Origin: the human T2T-CHM13v2.0 reference genome, Homo sapiens
Strand: one strand, 5' to 3'
Length of the DNA stretch: 64,000 nt
Assembly: GCF_009914755.1 (NCBI RefSeq)
Contig: NC_060940.1
In this document: positions 1 through 20,336 of the stretch, piece after piece
How positions within the stretch are numbered: the first letter of the stretch is position 1
Layout: every line of letters starts with the position of its first letter
Notes under the pieces: generated by a model
What the model saw: only the letters and a program-made list of their open reading frames with translations
Database searches by the model: none
Told to the model about the DNA's origin: nothing
Position numbers and translations under genes: made by a program

Positions 1-770
1 CCTTATTTTCTTCTGCAATACAGCTTGACCCCAATACAAACTCGACAATGGTTCCAAATAGCCAGAAAATGTCACTTTCAACTTCTCCATCCTACAAGAT
101 CTAGATAATGCTTGTTGTAAAATGGGCAAATGGTCTGAGGTGGCTGACATCTAGGCATTCTTTTACACATCAGTCCCTCCCTAGTCTCTGCTCCCAATGT
201 GACTCGTCCCAAATCTTTCCTCTTTCTCTCCTGTCTGTTCCTTCAGTCTCCACCCCAAGCTCTGAGTCCTCTGAATCCTCCTTTTCTATGAACCTATCTG
301 ACCTCTCCCCTCCTTCCCAGGCTGCTCCTTGTCAGGCCAAGCCAAGTCCCAATTCTCCCTCAGCCTCCGCTCCCTGACCCTATAATCCTTCTATCACCTC
401 CCCTCCTCACACCCGGTCCGGCTTACAGTTTTTTTCCGCGACTAGCCCTCCCCCATCTGCCCAACAATTTCCTCTTAGAGAGGTGGCTGGAGCTGAAGGT
501 AGAGTCAAGGTTAATGCTCCTTCTTCTTTTTCTGACCTCTCCCAAATCAGTTAGCGTTTAGGCTCTTTTTCATTAAATATAAAAACCCAGCCCAGTCCAT
601 GGCCCGTTTGGCAACAACCCTTAGACGCTCTACCGCCCTTTACTCGACATTAGAAAAAGCTCCAAAAATTAGATTCTGGCCGTCAAACCCTACAACAGGA
701 CTTAATTAACCTTGCCTTCAAGGTATACAATAATAGAGTAGAGGCAGCCAAGTAGCAACATATTTCTGAG

Positions 771-1100
771 TTGCAACTCCTTGCCTCCACTGTGAGAGAA
801 ACCCCAGCCATATCTCCAGCACACAAGAACTTCCAAACGCCTGAACTGCTGCAGCCAGGCGTTCCTCCAGGACCTCCTCCCCCAGGATCTTGCTTCAAGT
901 GCCAGAAATCTGGCCACTGGGCCAAGGAATGCCCACAGCCCGGGATTCCTCCTAAGCCGTGTCCCATCTGTGTGGGATCCTACTGGAAATTAGACTGTCC
1001 AACTCGCCCAGCAGCCACTGCCAGAGACCCTGCAACTCTGGCCCAAGGCTCTCTGACTGACTCCTTCCCAGATCTTCCCGGCTTAGTGGCTGAAGACTGA
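771..1100 (+). pseudogene. HERV-H gag remnant, nucleocapsid zinc knuckle
   Basis: [14 protein letters not shown] matches CX2CX4HX4C, followed by a degenerate second knuckle [13 protein letters not shown]. Confidence 0.9.
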
Positions 1101-1110
1101 TGCTGCCTGA

Positions 1111-1598
<488 letters not shown>

Positions 1599-1753
1599 TG
1601 GACAACATTCTTTTATGCACTCCTTTTTAGTTATCCCCACCTGCCCAGCTCCCTTATTAGGTCGAGACATTTTAACCAAATTATTTGCTTCCCTGACTAT
1701 TTCTGGGCTACAGCCACACCTCAATACCTCCCTCCACAACCCATTATTCTGTT

Positions 1754-3094
1754 ATGGATCTCAAACATGCTTCCTTTACTATTCCTTTGCACCCTTCATC
1801 CCAGCCTCTCTTCGCTTTCACTTGGATTGACCCTGACACTCATCAGTCTCAGCAACTTACCTGGGCTGTATTGCCGCAAGGCTGCAGGGACGGCCCTCAT
1901 TACTTCAGTCAAGCCCTTTCTCATTATTTACTTTCTTTCTGTCCATCTGCTTCTCACCTTATTCAATATTGTAACGACCTTCTACTTTGTAGTTCCCCCT
2001 ACAAATCCTCCCAACAGGACACCCTCCTGCTCCTCCAACATCTATTCTCAAAGGGATATCTCGTATCCCCCTCCAAAGCCCAAATTTCTTCCTCATTCAT
2101 TATCTATCTTGGCATAATTCTTCATAAAAACACACGTGCTCTCCCAGTTGATCGTGTCCGGATAATCTCCCAAACCCCAAACCCTTCTACAAAGCAACAA
2201 CTCCTTTCCTTCCTAGGCATGGTTAGGTACTTTCACCTTTGGATACCTGGTTTTGCCATCCTAACTAAATCATTATATAAACTCACAAAAGGAAACCTAG
2301 CTGACCCCATAAATCCTAAATCCTTTCCCCACTCCTCTTTCCGTTCCTTAAAAACAGCCCTAAAAGCTGCTCCCACACTAGCTCTCCCTAATTCATCCCA
2401 ACCCTTTTTGATTACACACAGCTGAAGTGCAGGGCTATGCAGCTGGAATTTTTATACAAGAGCTGGGACCATGCCCTGTAGCCTATCCAAACAACTTGAC
2501 CTTACTGTTTTAGGCTGGCCCCCCCACATTATTCCTGATAACACACCTGACCCCCATGACTGTATCTCTCTGATCCACCTGGCATTCACTCCACTTCCCC
2601 ATATTTCCTTCTTTCCTGTTCCTCACCCTGATCACACTTGGTTTATTGACAGCAGTTCCACCAGGCCTAATCGCCACTCACCAGCAAAGGTAGGCTATGC
2701 TACAGTATCTTCCACATTTATCATTGAGGCCACTGCTCTGCCCCTCTTCACTACTTCTCAGCAAGCCGAACTCATTGCCTTAACTCAGGCCCTCACTCTT
2801 GCAAGGGGACTATGCATCAAAATTTATACTGACTCTAAATATGCCTTCCATATCCTGCACCACCATGCTGTTATATGGGCTGAAAGAGGTTTCCTCACTA
2901 CACAAGGGTCCTCCATCATTAATCTGTCTTTAATAAAAACTCTTCTCAAGGCCCTTTTACTTCCAAAGGAATCTGGAGTCAATCACTGCAAGGGCCATCA
3001 AAAGGTGTCAGATCCCATTGCTCAGGGCAACGCTTATGCTGATAAGGTAGCTAAAGAAGCAGCTAGTGTTCCAACTTCTGTCCCTCACGGCTAG
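1754..3094 (+). pseudogene. HERV-H pol remnants (RT and RNase H), frameshifted; most of the integrase is missing
   Basis: RT motifs FAFTW..QLTWAVLPQG..P and a degenerate YxDD (QYCNDLLL). RNase H motifs WFIDSSS, QQAELIALT, IYTDSKYAF, HCKGHQ, GNAYADK. Confidence 0.9.
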
Positions 3095-3549
3095 TTTTTC
3101 TCCTTCTCATCGGTCACGCCCACCTACTCTCCCACTGAAACTTTCACCTATCAATCTCTTCCCACACAAGGTAAACGGTTCTTGGACCAAGGAAAATATC
3201 TCCTTCCAGCCTCACAGGCCTATTCTATTCTGTCATCATTTCATAACCTCTTCCATGTAGGTTACAAGCCACTAGCCCACCTCTTAAAACCTCTCATTTC
3301 CTTTCCATAGTGAAAATCTATCCCCAATCCGCCACTCTTGACTCCCTCTTGGAGTGGACAGATGATCTTTGCTGACAGGGCACACTCCAATTCTTTCACC
3401 CTGATGAAGTCCTATTCTTTACTTTTATACTCACTCTTATTCTCGTTCCCATTCTTACGTCACCCTCTACCTCTCCCCAGCTATCTCCATCACACTATCA
3501 ATCTCACTGACTCTCTCCTAGCCGTTTCTAATCCTTCTTTAACAAATAA

Positions 3550-3780
3550 TTGCTGGTTTTGCATTTCTCTTTCCTCCAAAATCACCGAGGCCCTGATTTA
3601 CTCACTGCTGAAAAAGGAGGACTCTGTATATTTTTAAATGAAGAGTGTTGTTTTTTCCTAAATCAATCTGGCCTGGTATATGACAACATAAAAAAACTCA
3701 AGGATAGAGCCCAAAAACTCGCCAACCAAGCAAATAATTATGCTGAACCCCCTTGGACACTCTCTAATTGGATGTCCTGA
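3550..3780 (+). pseudogene. HERV-H env TM fragment (immunosuppressive domain)
   Basis: LQNHRGPDLLTAEKGGLCIFLNEECC is an ISD plus CX6CC motif; SU is largely deleted. Confidence 0.85.
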
Positions 3781-4127
3781 GTACTCCCAATTCTTAGTCC
3801 TTTAATACCTATTTTTCTCCTTCTTTTATTCAGATCTTGTGTCTTCTGTTTAGTTTCTCAATTAATACAAAACTGCATCCAGGCCATCACCAATAATTCT
3901 ATATGACAAATGCTCCTTCTAACAACCCCACAATATCACCCCTTACCCCAAAATCTTTCTTCAGTTTAATCTCTCCCACTGTAGGTTCCCACGCTGCCCC
4001 TAATCCTGCTCGAAGCAGCCCTGAGAAACATCACCCATTATCTCTCCATACCACCCCCAAAAATTTTCGCCGCCCCAACACTTCACCACTATTTTGTTTT
4101 GTTTTTCTTATTAATATAAGACAGGAA

Positions 4128-5507
<1,380 letters not shown>

Positions 5508-6802
5508 TAACAACAACAAATCCTCATAATAGACGAGAACAAAAAATTGTAAACTATCTCAGTAATAAAACTCAAGGACTGGGGAGAGTGGGAGAGTTAG
5601 AAGCATGCTAAAGGCAGCGTCTTTCAGGGAGTGATGGAGGAGTTGGCAAGCATAATATTTTGATGGAGGAGGATTATTTACCACGTATCCATAGAGCAAT
5701 TTAAGGATATGATTGTTAGGAAAGAAGATAAACACTAGCAGGTTAGCAAAGGGAAGGCTGGGTGCGGTGGTTCACACCTGTAATTGCAGCACTTTGGTAG
5801 ACTGAGGTGGGTGGATCACTTGAGGTCAGGAGTTTGAGACCAGCCTGGCGAACATGGTGAAACGCTGTCTCTACTAAAAATACAAAAATTAGCCAGGCGT
5901 GGTGGCACGCACCTGTAGTCCCAGCTACTCAGGGGGCTGAGGCATGACAATCGCCTGAACCTGGGTGGCAGAGGTTGCAGTGAGCCAAGATCGGGCCACT
6001 GCACTCCAGCCTGGCCAAAATAGCGAGACTGTCTGGAAAAAAAAAAAAAAGGTGGGGGGGTGGGAATTAACAGGAACTTGATGAAACCCACCAAAGTTAA
6101 AGAAAAAAAAAGGCACAGAGGAAAACATTAATGAAATGTAAATAGTAAATGTAAAATAAGGCGGAAAGAAAGTATATTGCTTATTGAAATAAATATGAAC
6201 AGGCTGAATTAACCTATTATAAGTCAGAGGTTTGCTGGGCGTGCCGTCTCATGCCTGTAATGCCAGCACTTTGGGAAGCTGAGGTGGGAGGATTATATAA
6301 GGCCAAGAGTTCACGACCAGTCTGGGCAACATAATGAGATATCTTCTCTACAAAAAGTTTAAAAATCAGCTGAGCATGGTGGTGCACACCTGTAGTCCCA
6401 ACTATCCAGAAGGCTGAGGCTGGAGGATCACTTGAGCCCAGGAGTTTGAGGCTACAGTGAGCTACAATTGTGCTACTGCACTCCATCCTGGATGACAGGG
6501 AGATATCCTGTCTCAAAAACAAACAAAAGTCAGAGCTTGTCAAACCAAATGACTTTTAAAATCTAGCCATATGCAATGTATAGGAAATGCACATAAAACA
6601 AAGTGACAAAAATGTTGAAAGTTAATAGATGGACAAAAAAATTCCAGGCCCAAAAAAACATGATTGGGGGAAGGTGGGTATCATTGAGATTCTGACCATG
6701 TTTATTTCTTGGTTTGGGTGGTGGTTATAAGGATATTTTGTTTTGTAATACTATCTTAGACTATTTTTCTATGAATATTTATGTATATGGATGTTTCATA
6801 AG

Positions 6803-8512
<1,710 letters not shown>

Positions 8513-8655
8513 CTAATTTTTTCATGGCCATGGCTTTGTGAGTCGACAGTTATGGGAAAGACAAAGTAGAAAGAGTGCCGAGCTTGAAGACTGGGGCCAG
8601 AGTCGTAGTTCCAGCTTTGCTGTGTCACTCGGGGCCTATCGCTTTCCCTCTCTGA

Positions 8656-9288
<633 letters not shown>

Positions 9289-10952
9289 TGAGTTCAGCAT
9301 GGACCTAGCATAGAATGGCACCTCCATGATTGTTGAATGAGTAAACAAATTATTCCTTGCCCTTAAATTAGAAGATAGAATGAGGTGATATCTAAGAAAA
9401 CTCTTCTCTAAAATTCTAGAAAAATAGAGTAGGGCAGCAGCTAAAAGCCTAGAATCCATGTGTATGAATACATGCATCTATCCATCTATCTCATATATCT
9501 ATATATCTCACCTGTATCTCAATCTCTTAGCCCAGGGCCTGCCACCTTAGGAAGATGCAGTAAATGGGAGCCATTGTTACCATCACATTCCTGTTCCCCA
9601 GGGAGGCTCAAGGATTCTCATCTCCTTTTCCCCAAACTCCAAGCCCCTCAGCCCAGCTGCTGCTCTAGAAGCCTAGGCAGAAAATGGTTCCTTAGACCAG
9701 GCCTTACGACTCCTGGCCTGCCAAAGGAGTGAGACTTCTTTTTTATAAGAACACCCTTTTCATAGTGGTCTTTTAAGTTTCATTCTGAAGTTCCTAAAAA
9801 AAAGGAAGCTTGCTTTCATTAGAAAAATTGGGAAAAGAGGCCAGGTGCAGAGGCTCACACCTGTAATCCCAGCACACCTGTCTTCTCGGCCAAGGTGGGA
9901 GGATCACTTGAGCCCAGGAGTTTGAGACCAGTGTGGCCAACATAGTGAGACCCCGTCTTTACAAAAAAAATAAAAAATTAGCCGGGTGGGCTGGGTGCGG
10001 TGGCTCACGCCTGTAATCCCAGCTACTCAGGAAGATCAAGCAGGAGGATCGCTTGAGCCCAGGAGTTGGAGGCTGCAGTGAGCTGTACTCCAGCCTGAGT
10101 GACAGAGCAAGATCTTGTCCCCCCACCAAAAAATAAAATAAAATTAAATAAATAAATAAATAAACTGGGGAAAGAGATTTTATAGATAAAGTAGAGCCAG
10201 AGAGGGTAAGAGACTTGCTGGGGTACCACAGCCAAGCATCACCTCCCTCCCTTACATGACTCTCAACTCCAGAATGTCCCTAAGGAGTGGCCAGAGCAGT
10301 AGACTCAGGGATGGGCACCTGGGTTCCAATCCTTGTTGCTCCATTCACTAGCTGTGTGCCCCTGGGCAAGTCACTTCACTGTCCTAGAATTCAGTTGACT
10401 TATCTGTAATATTGGAAGAATAGCGCCTGGGAAGTAGCGAGGACCAGATAAATTGTAAATGTACCCAGCCCAGTGCTGACACATAGTAACTCGGTGGCAG
10501 TTGCAGGCCAGGGGAACAGTTGTTAACTCATCACCAGAGGGGCCAGAACTGGGCAGGGGGAAAGGTGTCCTGAGTGGGAGATCCAGGTCTTGGGGTGCTC
10601 CGACTCTGGATCTCTGGGAAGAGGAATCCCCAACTCTGCTTCCCAAGTAGCTAGAAACTGACTTAGGAGGGGGACAGCGTATAGGGAACACTGAAATGCT
10701 GCTGTAAACGATGGCTGGAGTTAGCCTCATCTGAACTCTGTGTTTGAGGGTACACACTCTGAAGTCAGATGATACGGATTCAGATCTGCCTCTATTATAT
10801 ACTATGGGACAAGTGACTTCACTTCTCTGTGCCTTGCTTTTCTCATCTGTCAAGTGGAAATAATAAGAGTACTTACCTCACTAAGTTATTGAAATGATTT
10901 TGTAAGATTATGCATGTAGTGCTCTGAGAATATTCACCTAGCTCAATGTTAG

Positions 10953-11069
<117 letters not shown>

Positions 11070-12719
11070 TGAGTAGCTGGGACTACAGGCAGGCACCACC
11101 ACACCTGGCTTATTTTTGCATTTTTAGTAGAGACAGGGTTTCACCATGTTGGCCAGGCTGGTCTTGAACTCCTGACCTCAGGTGATCTGCCTACCTTGGC
11201 CTCCCAAAGTGCTGGGATTACAGGTGTGAGCCATCGCACCCGGCCACTATTTTGTTTTATAGGGTCCAGAATTACTCAGATAATTGCTTGGATTTAGGGT
11301 TGAGATTCTCACCTAAGTTGAGTGAGACCAGATGGACCCTAATCATCCTGTCTGGAGGTGCTTAGCCTCAAGTTTGGGTCAAGTTGAATTGCACAGCTGT
11401 GAGAGAGGTGGACTGAGTTAAATCGGTGTTGAACAAGAGCATGGCAGGACCTGGTTGTTTTGCTTATCTTCTATATGCTATAATTTCAAAAATTAAGGTA
11501 TAAAATTAAGCTCTCTCTGGAAAAGGATATTCGTGTTATTGGAATGGGTTCTGAATTTAATGGTCAGTTAAAGCCCACAGGGAAAGAATAAGATGAGGAA
11601 TAGGGTCTGAGGGAGGAGGCAGAGTTCTGATGAAGATGATGGCAAGAGGTGGGAAAGTCCTTGGCCAGGAAGGGGAGAGAGGGAGTCATGGTGAATACCC
11701 TGCGGCTGTGCTCCAGGAAAGTGGTCAGTCCTGAGAGCAGGTGGCGGCCTGACATTCCAGAAACATGGGACCCTATATGCAGGTAATCCCAGCCAGCCTA
11801 GAGACTCTGGTGCCCACAGGTGGAATAGGGCAGAAGTCATGGAGTGTAAGGGACCCCTGTGGGCTTGGAAAGTGATGCCAGTAGCAACCAAGATGAACTA
11901 GAGATCAGACTCTCCTCACCACCAGCACGCACGTTCACACACACCCTCATTCTCCAGGCAGGCAGCACTTCCTGAACTGCGGTGTGCCGTTGAGAGAGGG
12001 TGAAAGCCCCAGTGGCAAATGAGATGGGATTTCTGTTTAGAGTCATAAATTGTTTCATAGAAATATTTGAATATTTGTTAGAAGAGGTACCCAAAACAAC
12101 TCAGCCAGCCTGGTGCCCGCATGTTTTGGGTAGTGGCCAGAGTCCCCTCTCAAGCCTGCTAGTCCATTCCCCACCCCCTATCCTACTTCCAGACTTGGTA
12201 AGTAGGTAGTTTTGGCAATCAGACAGACTTGGTTAAGCCTAGCTTCTGTCACTAGCTGTGTGACACTGGACAAGTAATTGTACCTGACTTCTCTGAACCT
12301 GTTTCTTCATCGGTAAAATCATGCACTTCTTTACAGGAGTTGTCAGGAAAATGCAATGAAAGAATAAGGTGAGGGTGGTTTTCAAATGATGACCTGGAGA
12401 ACCGTAAATCAGACAATCCAGTGTTTGCCAAACTTCATTCACATCCCATCTTCCCAACCTCTGACAAATTTGTGGACCACCTCTACTTCTGTTTACTTAA
12501 TCTTGTTCTTTAAAAATTATCAACTCACGTTTTGATGGAACTAGGTGTATTCAAAAAGGAAACTTTAACCACTGCCATAAATGAGAAATTATCATGTACC
12601 CAAGAGTGGTAAAAATAGATACAATAAAACCAAAACAATGCTGTTCAGTTCTAGCTGGCTATGATTATAGGCCAGGGCTCTGAGCTCAAGGAGTTTTGTT
12701 AAAAACAACAACAAAAAGG

Positions 12720-13010
12720 TTATCTCAGTCAAAAAAGGCCACATAAAGCCCTAATATGAAATGTCCAAAATAATCAACTCTATAGAGACAGAAAGTAGAT
12801 TTGCAGTAGTCTAGAGCTGTAGTGGGAGGAAGGCTTGGGAGTTACTGTTAATGGGTATGGTTTCTTTTAGGGGTAATGAAAATGTTCTAAAATTGACTGT
12901 GGTGATATTTGCAAAACTGTGAAGATACTAAGAATCATTGAACTGTACACTTTAAATGGGTGAGTTGTATGGTGTGTGAGTCATCTCTCTCAGTAAAGGT
13001 GTTATTTTAA
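12720..13010 (+). mobile_element. Old L1M 3' UTR fragment
   Basis: TATAGAGACAGAAAGTAGATT..AATGTTCTAAAATTGA..GAACTGTACACTTTAAATGGGTG, typical of L1MB/ME 3' ends. Confidence 0.7.
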
Positions 13011-13043
13011 AATACGTATATATGGGCCGGGTGTGATGGCTCA

Positions 13044-13721
<678 letters not shown>

Positions 13722-14249
13722 TAAAGTGCTAGGATTACAGGCGTGAGCCACTGAGCCCAGCCTAAATTCAATTATTAAACTCCTTGAGTTAATTAAAGGG
13801 TAGCCAGGTGCGGTGGCTCATGCCTGTAATCCCAGCACTTTCAGAGGCCGAGGCAGGAGGATCGCTTGAGCCCAGGAGTTCCAGACCAGCCTGGACAACA
13901 TAGCGAGATCCTGACTCTACAAAAAACAGAAAAATTAGCCGGGCGTGGTGGCGCGTGTTTGTAGTCCCAGACACTCCTGAGGTTGAGGTGGGAGGATCAC
14001 CTGAGCCCTCGGGAGGTCGAAGCTGCAGTGAGCGGAGATCGCACCGCTGCACTCCAGCCTGGGGGACAGTGAGGCGGTCTCAAAACAAAACAAAAACAAA
14101 AGGGGAGGGCGGGGGGAAGACTTAAAGACCCCTGAGCCAGGGCCATTATTATTTAACTTGGTCGGGTCTCTGAACCATTCGGAGGAAGCTTGGGTTTCTA
14201 TCCTTCCCGACTGAGCCACAGACCTGAGTCTTGACTCCGGATAAATCAC

Positions 14250-15130
14250 CCCAGACTGTTTTTCTGTCTGTGACACGGGAACGGCAGCTTCTGCCTCGCG
14301 AGGTGGAGAGAGAATGAGAAGCGCCGTGTGTGGCGCGCCTGACACGGTCAGCTCGCGGGTGGAGGCCCGGAGCAGAACGCCCTCGGGCGCCCGCTCTTGC
14401 AGCCGCACTGGAGACCGGGAATGGCTCCGGCCACGCCTCTGCCGACTGCGGCAACGCGAGGGACAGCTGGTCTCCGGGGTTGCAGCGTAACGCCCTCCTT
14501 CCCGGCCTCAGCTTTCCTGACTGCATAACGGGCATACAGTGGGTTCCATGGCGCAAGGGAGCTGAAGAAGCCGCCCGCCCCCAGCTCGCCCGGGATCCTC
14601 ACGCCCCTATAACGCCCCGAGGGGCCACGATGCTGCCCACAGCCCAGATCGCGAGTGCGGACCCTGCGGGAGGGTCTGGCCTAGATGCGAGTTTCCCGCC
14701 GCAGACCAGGCGAGGCCACGCGACATATCCCCTACCCGCTTACTGCAGGCCGCAGACGGAGACAGTGCAGCCCTGCGCACTGCTGAGGCTGCCCGAGGTC
14801 TCAGCCTCGGCGGGTCGGGAACACGCGGCGCGCGCCCGCGCCCCAACCGGAAGTCCGCCACCGGCCGCTCTAGCACGCGCAGGGCTGCGTCTGTGGCCTT
14901 AACCCTTCCCAAGGCTGCGCCGCCGGCCTTTGTCTCCGCGGAGCGTCACAAAGGTTGGAAGGGTCGCGGGGCCTCTGGGTGCCGAGCTGCAGATGCCTCC
15001 ACTGCGAGCACAGCCCTGAGACAAGGGCCCAGGCGCCCAGCGGGGCTGGTTTCACTCAGTCCAGCCGCACCTACCCGTGCCCTCACCAGATCTTAAGATA
15101 CAGACATTAAAACCTCCACCGGGCCGCGGC
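14250..15130. promoter_or_regulatory. CpG island / promoter (likely the start of the MIR762HG lncRNA, antisense to BCL7C)
   Basis: High CpG density outside repeats; ETS site ACCGGAAGT at 14846-14854. The lncRNA assignment comes from recalled annotation, not from the sequence. Confidence 0.65.
14733..14790 (-). ncRNA. MIR4519: MIR4519 precursor
   Basis: The reverse complement contains CAGCAGUGCGCAGGGCUG (recalled mature miR-4519) within a 58-nt annotated precursor. Confidence 0.8.
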
Positions 15131-16807
15131 ACAGGACAGCAGTTTTACTTTCTGTTTTTGGCATTGCATTGCCTCCATTTCCTAGAGTGCACGTAATAAA
15201 TACCGCTGGTGATTCCAAAATATAAAGGTTGAAAATATTTACTTTACAAAAATTTGGTTCCCATACTGCTTTTAAGGCCATCCTCTGCACTTGGTTCCCG
15301 CTGCTCCTGATGTGGTTGAAAGATGGATGACCCCAAAGACGAGGAAAAGATTATTGGCTCCATTTTTTAGATGCGGCAGCCAGCTAAGGTCTAGACAGGG
15401 GAAGGGACTTGCCCCAAATCACAGTTAGAGCAAATCAGTCTGAATCAGGAATAACTCCATTCCTATCCCGCATCCTGCCCTTTCACTACGCCACAGCTGC
15501 CTGGCTGCCTGGAGGAACAAAGGAGGGCCGGGCAAGAACGCCATTACCAACTGCAAATCCACAGGCAAATGCAAGAGGACAGAAAGTAAGTTCTTGGGCT
15601 CTGCCCTTGTGCCGTACCCGGAGGGGTCCTGGGGTCACCAGCCAGGTGCATCCCTGCCTTCACAGCCATGCACAGCGACACCCAGTTAACTAATGGGGGG
15701 GATTATGCCACTTGCTGGGTATGCCTGTGCCACCAGTGCACTCACTCTGTGCCTGGGGAAATAACCACGGATGAATCTGGGGATCCCCTGGGCCCACTGT
15801 GAAATGGACCTGAGCTAAAACTCCATTGATCACAGGACCTCAGGGATCTTTTGGGTCTCGAGAACAGAATTGGATGCTACAGGAGAAATGTAACCAGAAA
15901 AGGATTAGGATTTTGCCAGTAGAGAAAGGGAGATGTGCTTGCTTTCATTCATTTATCATTAATGAGCACCTACTGTATGCCAGGCACCACACTAGGCCCT
16001 AGGAAGACAGAGATTATGAGACAGATGTGGCCTTATTCTAGCAGGGGAAGTGAGATGAAGGAGGTGAGAAAGAGGAAGTATAGTGACTAACCAGGGACCT
16101 GACCTAGTTTGAAGGTCAGGGAACCTTGGAGGAGGTGAAATCAAACCCAAAGCCTGAGATAAGAGAGAGAAGGGGAGGGTGGAGGGAAGGAAAGGGCTTC
16201 ACAGACAGAGGGAACGGGAGTGCTAACAGCCTGGCCAGCTTCCTTGTGGTAGAAGTTCTATGCATGAGTTGGAAGAAAGCTTGGGGAAAGGGGCAGGAGA
16301 GGTGGGCAGGGGCCAAATCCAGCAGGGGCTTTTCTACCATAAGGAACTTGGTGGGAGAACTCCATGGGCAAAAACAGGTGTGGAAGGGACCAAGAAGCCC
16401 ATGTGGCTGGAGGGCAGGACATGAGATGAAGATGACTAGAGCAGGGAGTGAGGAGGTGGAGAAGGTGAGCAGAGGCCAAGGCTGGGAGGCCTGAAATGCC
16501 TGGCCGCAAAACTCAGCCATTAGCCTGGAGGCCATGCAAGTGAACAGCAAGGAGGAGAGTGGAACACCAGGGAGCGGTAGGGATTGCGGGGACTGAAGGG
16601 CAGAGACTCCGCCCCCAGGGCAGTCAGTGTTCTGCACCCCCTACCCCCCTACCCCACCAACCTCCGCCCCATGACCACTCCAGGAGGCAAACTCAGTATC
16701 TCAGAATATCTGCTTTCAAGGGTAGCTGGAGTCCAGATTTCTTTTTTTATTTTTGGTAGAGACAGGATCTTGCTCTGTCGCGCAGGTTGAAGGGTAGCAA
16801 CACATAG

Positions 16808-17110
<303 letters not shown>

Positions 17111-17219
17111 TAGCCAGGATGGTCTCGATCTCCTGACCTCGTGATCCACCCGCCTCGGCCTCCCAAAGTGCTGGGATTACAGGCGTGAGCCACCGCGCCC
17201 AGCCTAGTCCAGATTTTTA

Positions 17220-17639
<420 letters not shown>

Positions 17640-17833
17640 TCAAAAAAACAAAACAAAACAAAAAATCCCAGGGCCCAGGTTGCACATGATACCAATGTAA
17701 AATGTCTGGGGTGGGGCCGGGTGTGGTGGCTCATGCCTGTAATCCCAGCACTTTGGGAGGCCGAGGGAGACGGATCACAAGGTCAGGAGATTGAGACCAT
17801 CCTGGCTAACACGGTGAAACCCCGTCTCTACTA

Positions 17834-18000
<167 letters not shown>

Positions 18001-18196
18001 TCAAAAAAAACAAAAATGTCTGGGGTGGCTGGGCGTGGTGGCTCACGCCTGTAATCCTGGCACTCTGGGAGGCCGAGGTGGGTGGATCACGAGGTCAGGA
18101 GCTTGAGACCAGCCTGACCAACATGGTGAAACCCAGTCTCTACTAAAAATACAAAAATTAGCTGGGCGTGGTGGCACGCACCTGTAATCCCAGCTA

Positions 18197-18398
<202 letters not shown>

Positions 18399-18564
18399 CT
18401 ACGTGCTTTCAGTTGCCAGGCTCAGCCATGGGGAGCCATGGGAAGTTTTAGAACAGGAGAGGAGCCCAGTTTAGAGTTTAAGGAAAATCATTCTGTAGGA
18501 GGAACAGAATGTAATCTTGTGTGAAAAGGGTCCGGAAGCCCCAAGGGCAGTGGCAGGATCCTGC

Positions 18565-18685
18565 TAGGGTGATGGTGATCAGCCATCCCAGTTTGCTCAA
18601 GACTGGGGTGTCTCCTGGGACATGGAACCTGCAGTGCTAAAACCAAGAAAGTCCTGGGCAAACAGGGATGCTTGGTCATGTTAGA
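18565..18685. mobile_element. Short non-autonomous hAT DNA element (MER81-like)
   Basis: TAGGGTGA.. start and ..GGTCATGTTAG end; internal CAGTGCTAAAACCAAGAAAGTCCTGGGCAAAC. Confidence 0.5.
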
Positions 18686-19610
18686 TTCTCCTGATGTAGT
18701 TCTGTTTTCCCAGATTTTTGGGGAGACTGATGCCACAGACTTCGCATTCTAGAAATTCCTAAGAAAAGGCTGTCCATCTCCCTGTGGTGCATTCACCTGA
18801 GTCTCTGAGCCCTGGCAGGGCCCATCTCTTCTCCACCCAGCAGAGTGATCCTGGCCTATGGAATATAATTTAGCAGTAAAAAGGAACAAACTACTGATTC
18901 ACACAATAATCCGGATGACCCTCAAGAATATTAGCCTGAGTAAAAGAAAACAGATGCAAAAGAGTTACATACTGCTTAATTCTATTTACATGAAGTTCCA
19001 GAACAGGTTCACCCAATCCGTTACTTTAAAACAATCAGGCCAGGTGTGGTGGCTCACGCCTGTAATCCCAGCACTTTGTGAGGCCAGGAGGATCCCTTGA
19101 GGCCAGGAGTTCCAGACCAGCCTAGGCAACACAGAGAGACTCCCCTTCTCTACAAAAAAAAAAAAAAAAAAAACTGGGCACGGTGGCTCACATCTGTAAT
19201 CCCAGCACTTTGGGAGGCTGAGGCGGGCGGATCACGAGGTCAGGAGATCGAGACCATCCTGGCTAAAATGGTGAAACTCCATCTCTACTAAAAATACAAA
19301 AAAATTAGCTGGGCATGGTGGCAGGCACCTGTAGTCTCAGCTACTTGGGAGGCTGAGGCAGGAGAATTGCGTGAACCCGGGAGGCAGAGCTTTCAGTGAG
19401 CCAAGATCACGCCACTGCACTCCAGCCTGGGTGACAGAGCGTGATTCCGTCTCAAAAAAAAAAAAATGTTAAGTAGTTGGGCGCAGTAGCACATGCCTGT
19501 GGTCCCAGCTACTCGGGAAGCTTAGGTGGATCACTTGGGCCCAGGAGTTCAAGGCTGCAGTGAGCTATGATCTAAAACAAACAAACAAAAAAAAACACTT
19601 TACCCAGTTA

Positions 19611-19802
<192 letters not shown>

Positions 19803-20060
19803 TTAGTGAGCTGTGAACATGCCACTGCACTCCACACTGGACAGCAGATCAAGGCCCTGTCTTATTAAAAAAGTCAGAACAGGCTGGGCGCGGTGGCTCA
19901 TGCCTGTAATCCCAGCACTTTGGGAGGCTGAGGTGAGCGGATCACGAGGTCGGGAGATTGAGACCATCCTGGCTAACATGGTGAAACCCCGTCTCTACTA
20001 AAAATACAAAAAAAAAAAAAAAAGTCAGAACAGCGGTTGACTCTGGGGAGTTGGAGATGA

Positions 20061-20336
<276 letters not shown>

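Noticed and set aside
1754-3780. Functional HERV-H RT or Env protein
   Set aside because: The YxDD motif is mutated, there are frameshifts and large deletions, and an Alu interrupts pro.
14330-14902. 190-aa ORF in the CpG island
   Set aside because: Non-ATG start, low-complexity composition typical of GC-rich DNA, overlapping ORFs in several frames, and no recognisable domain.
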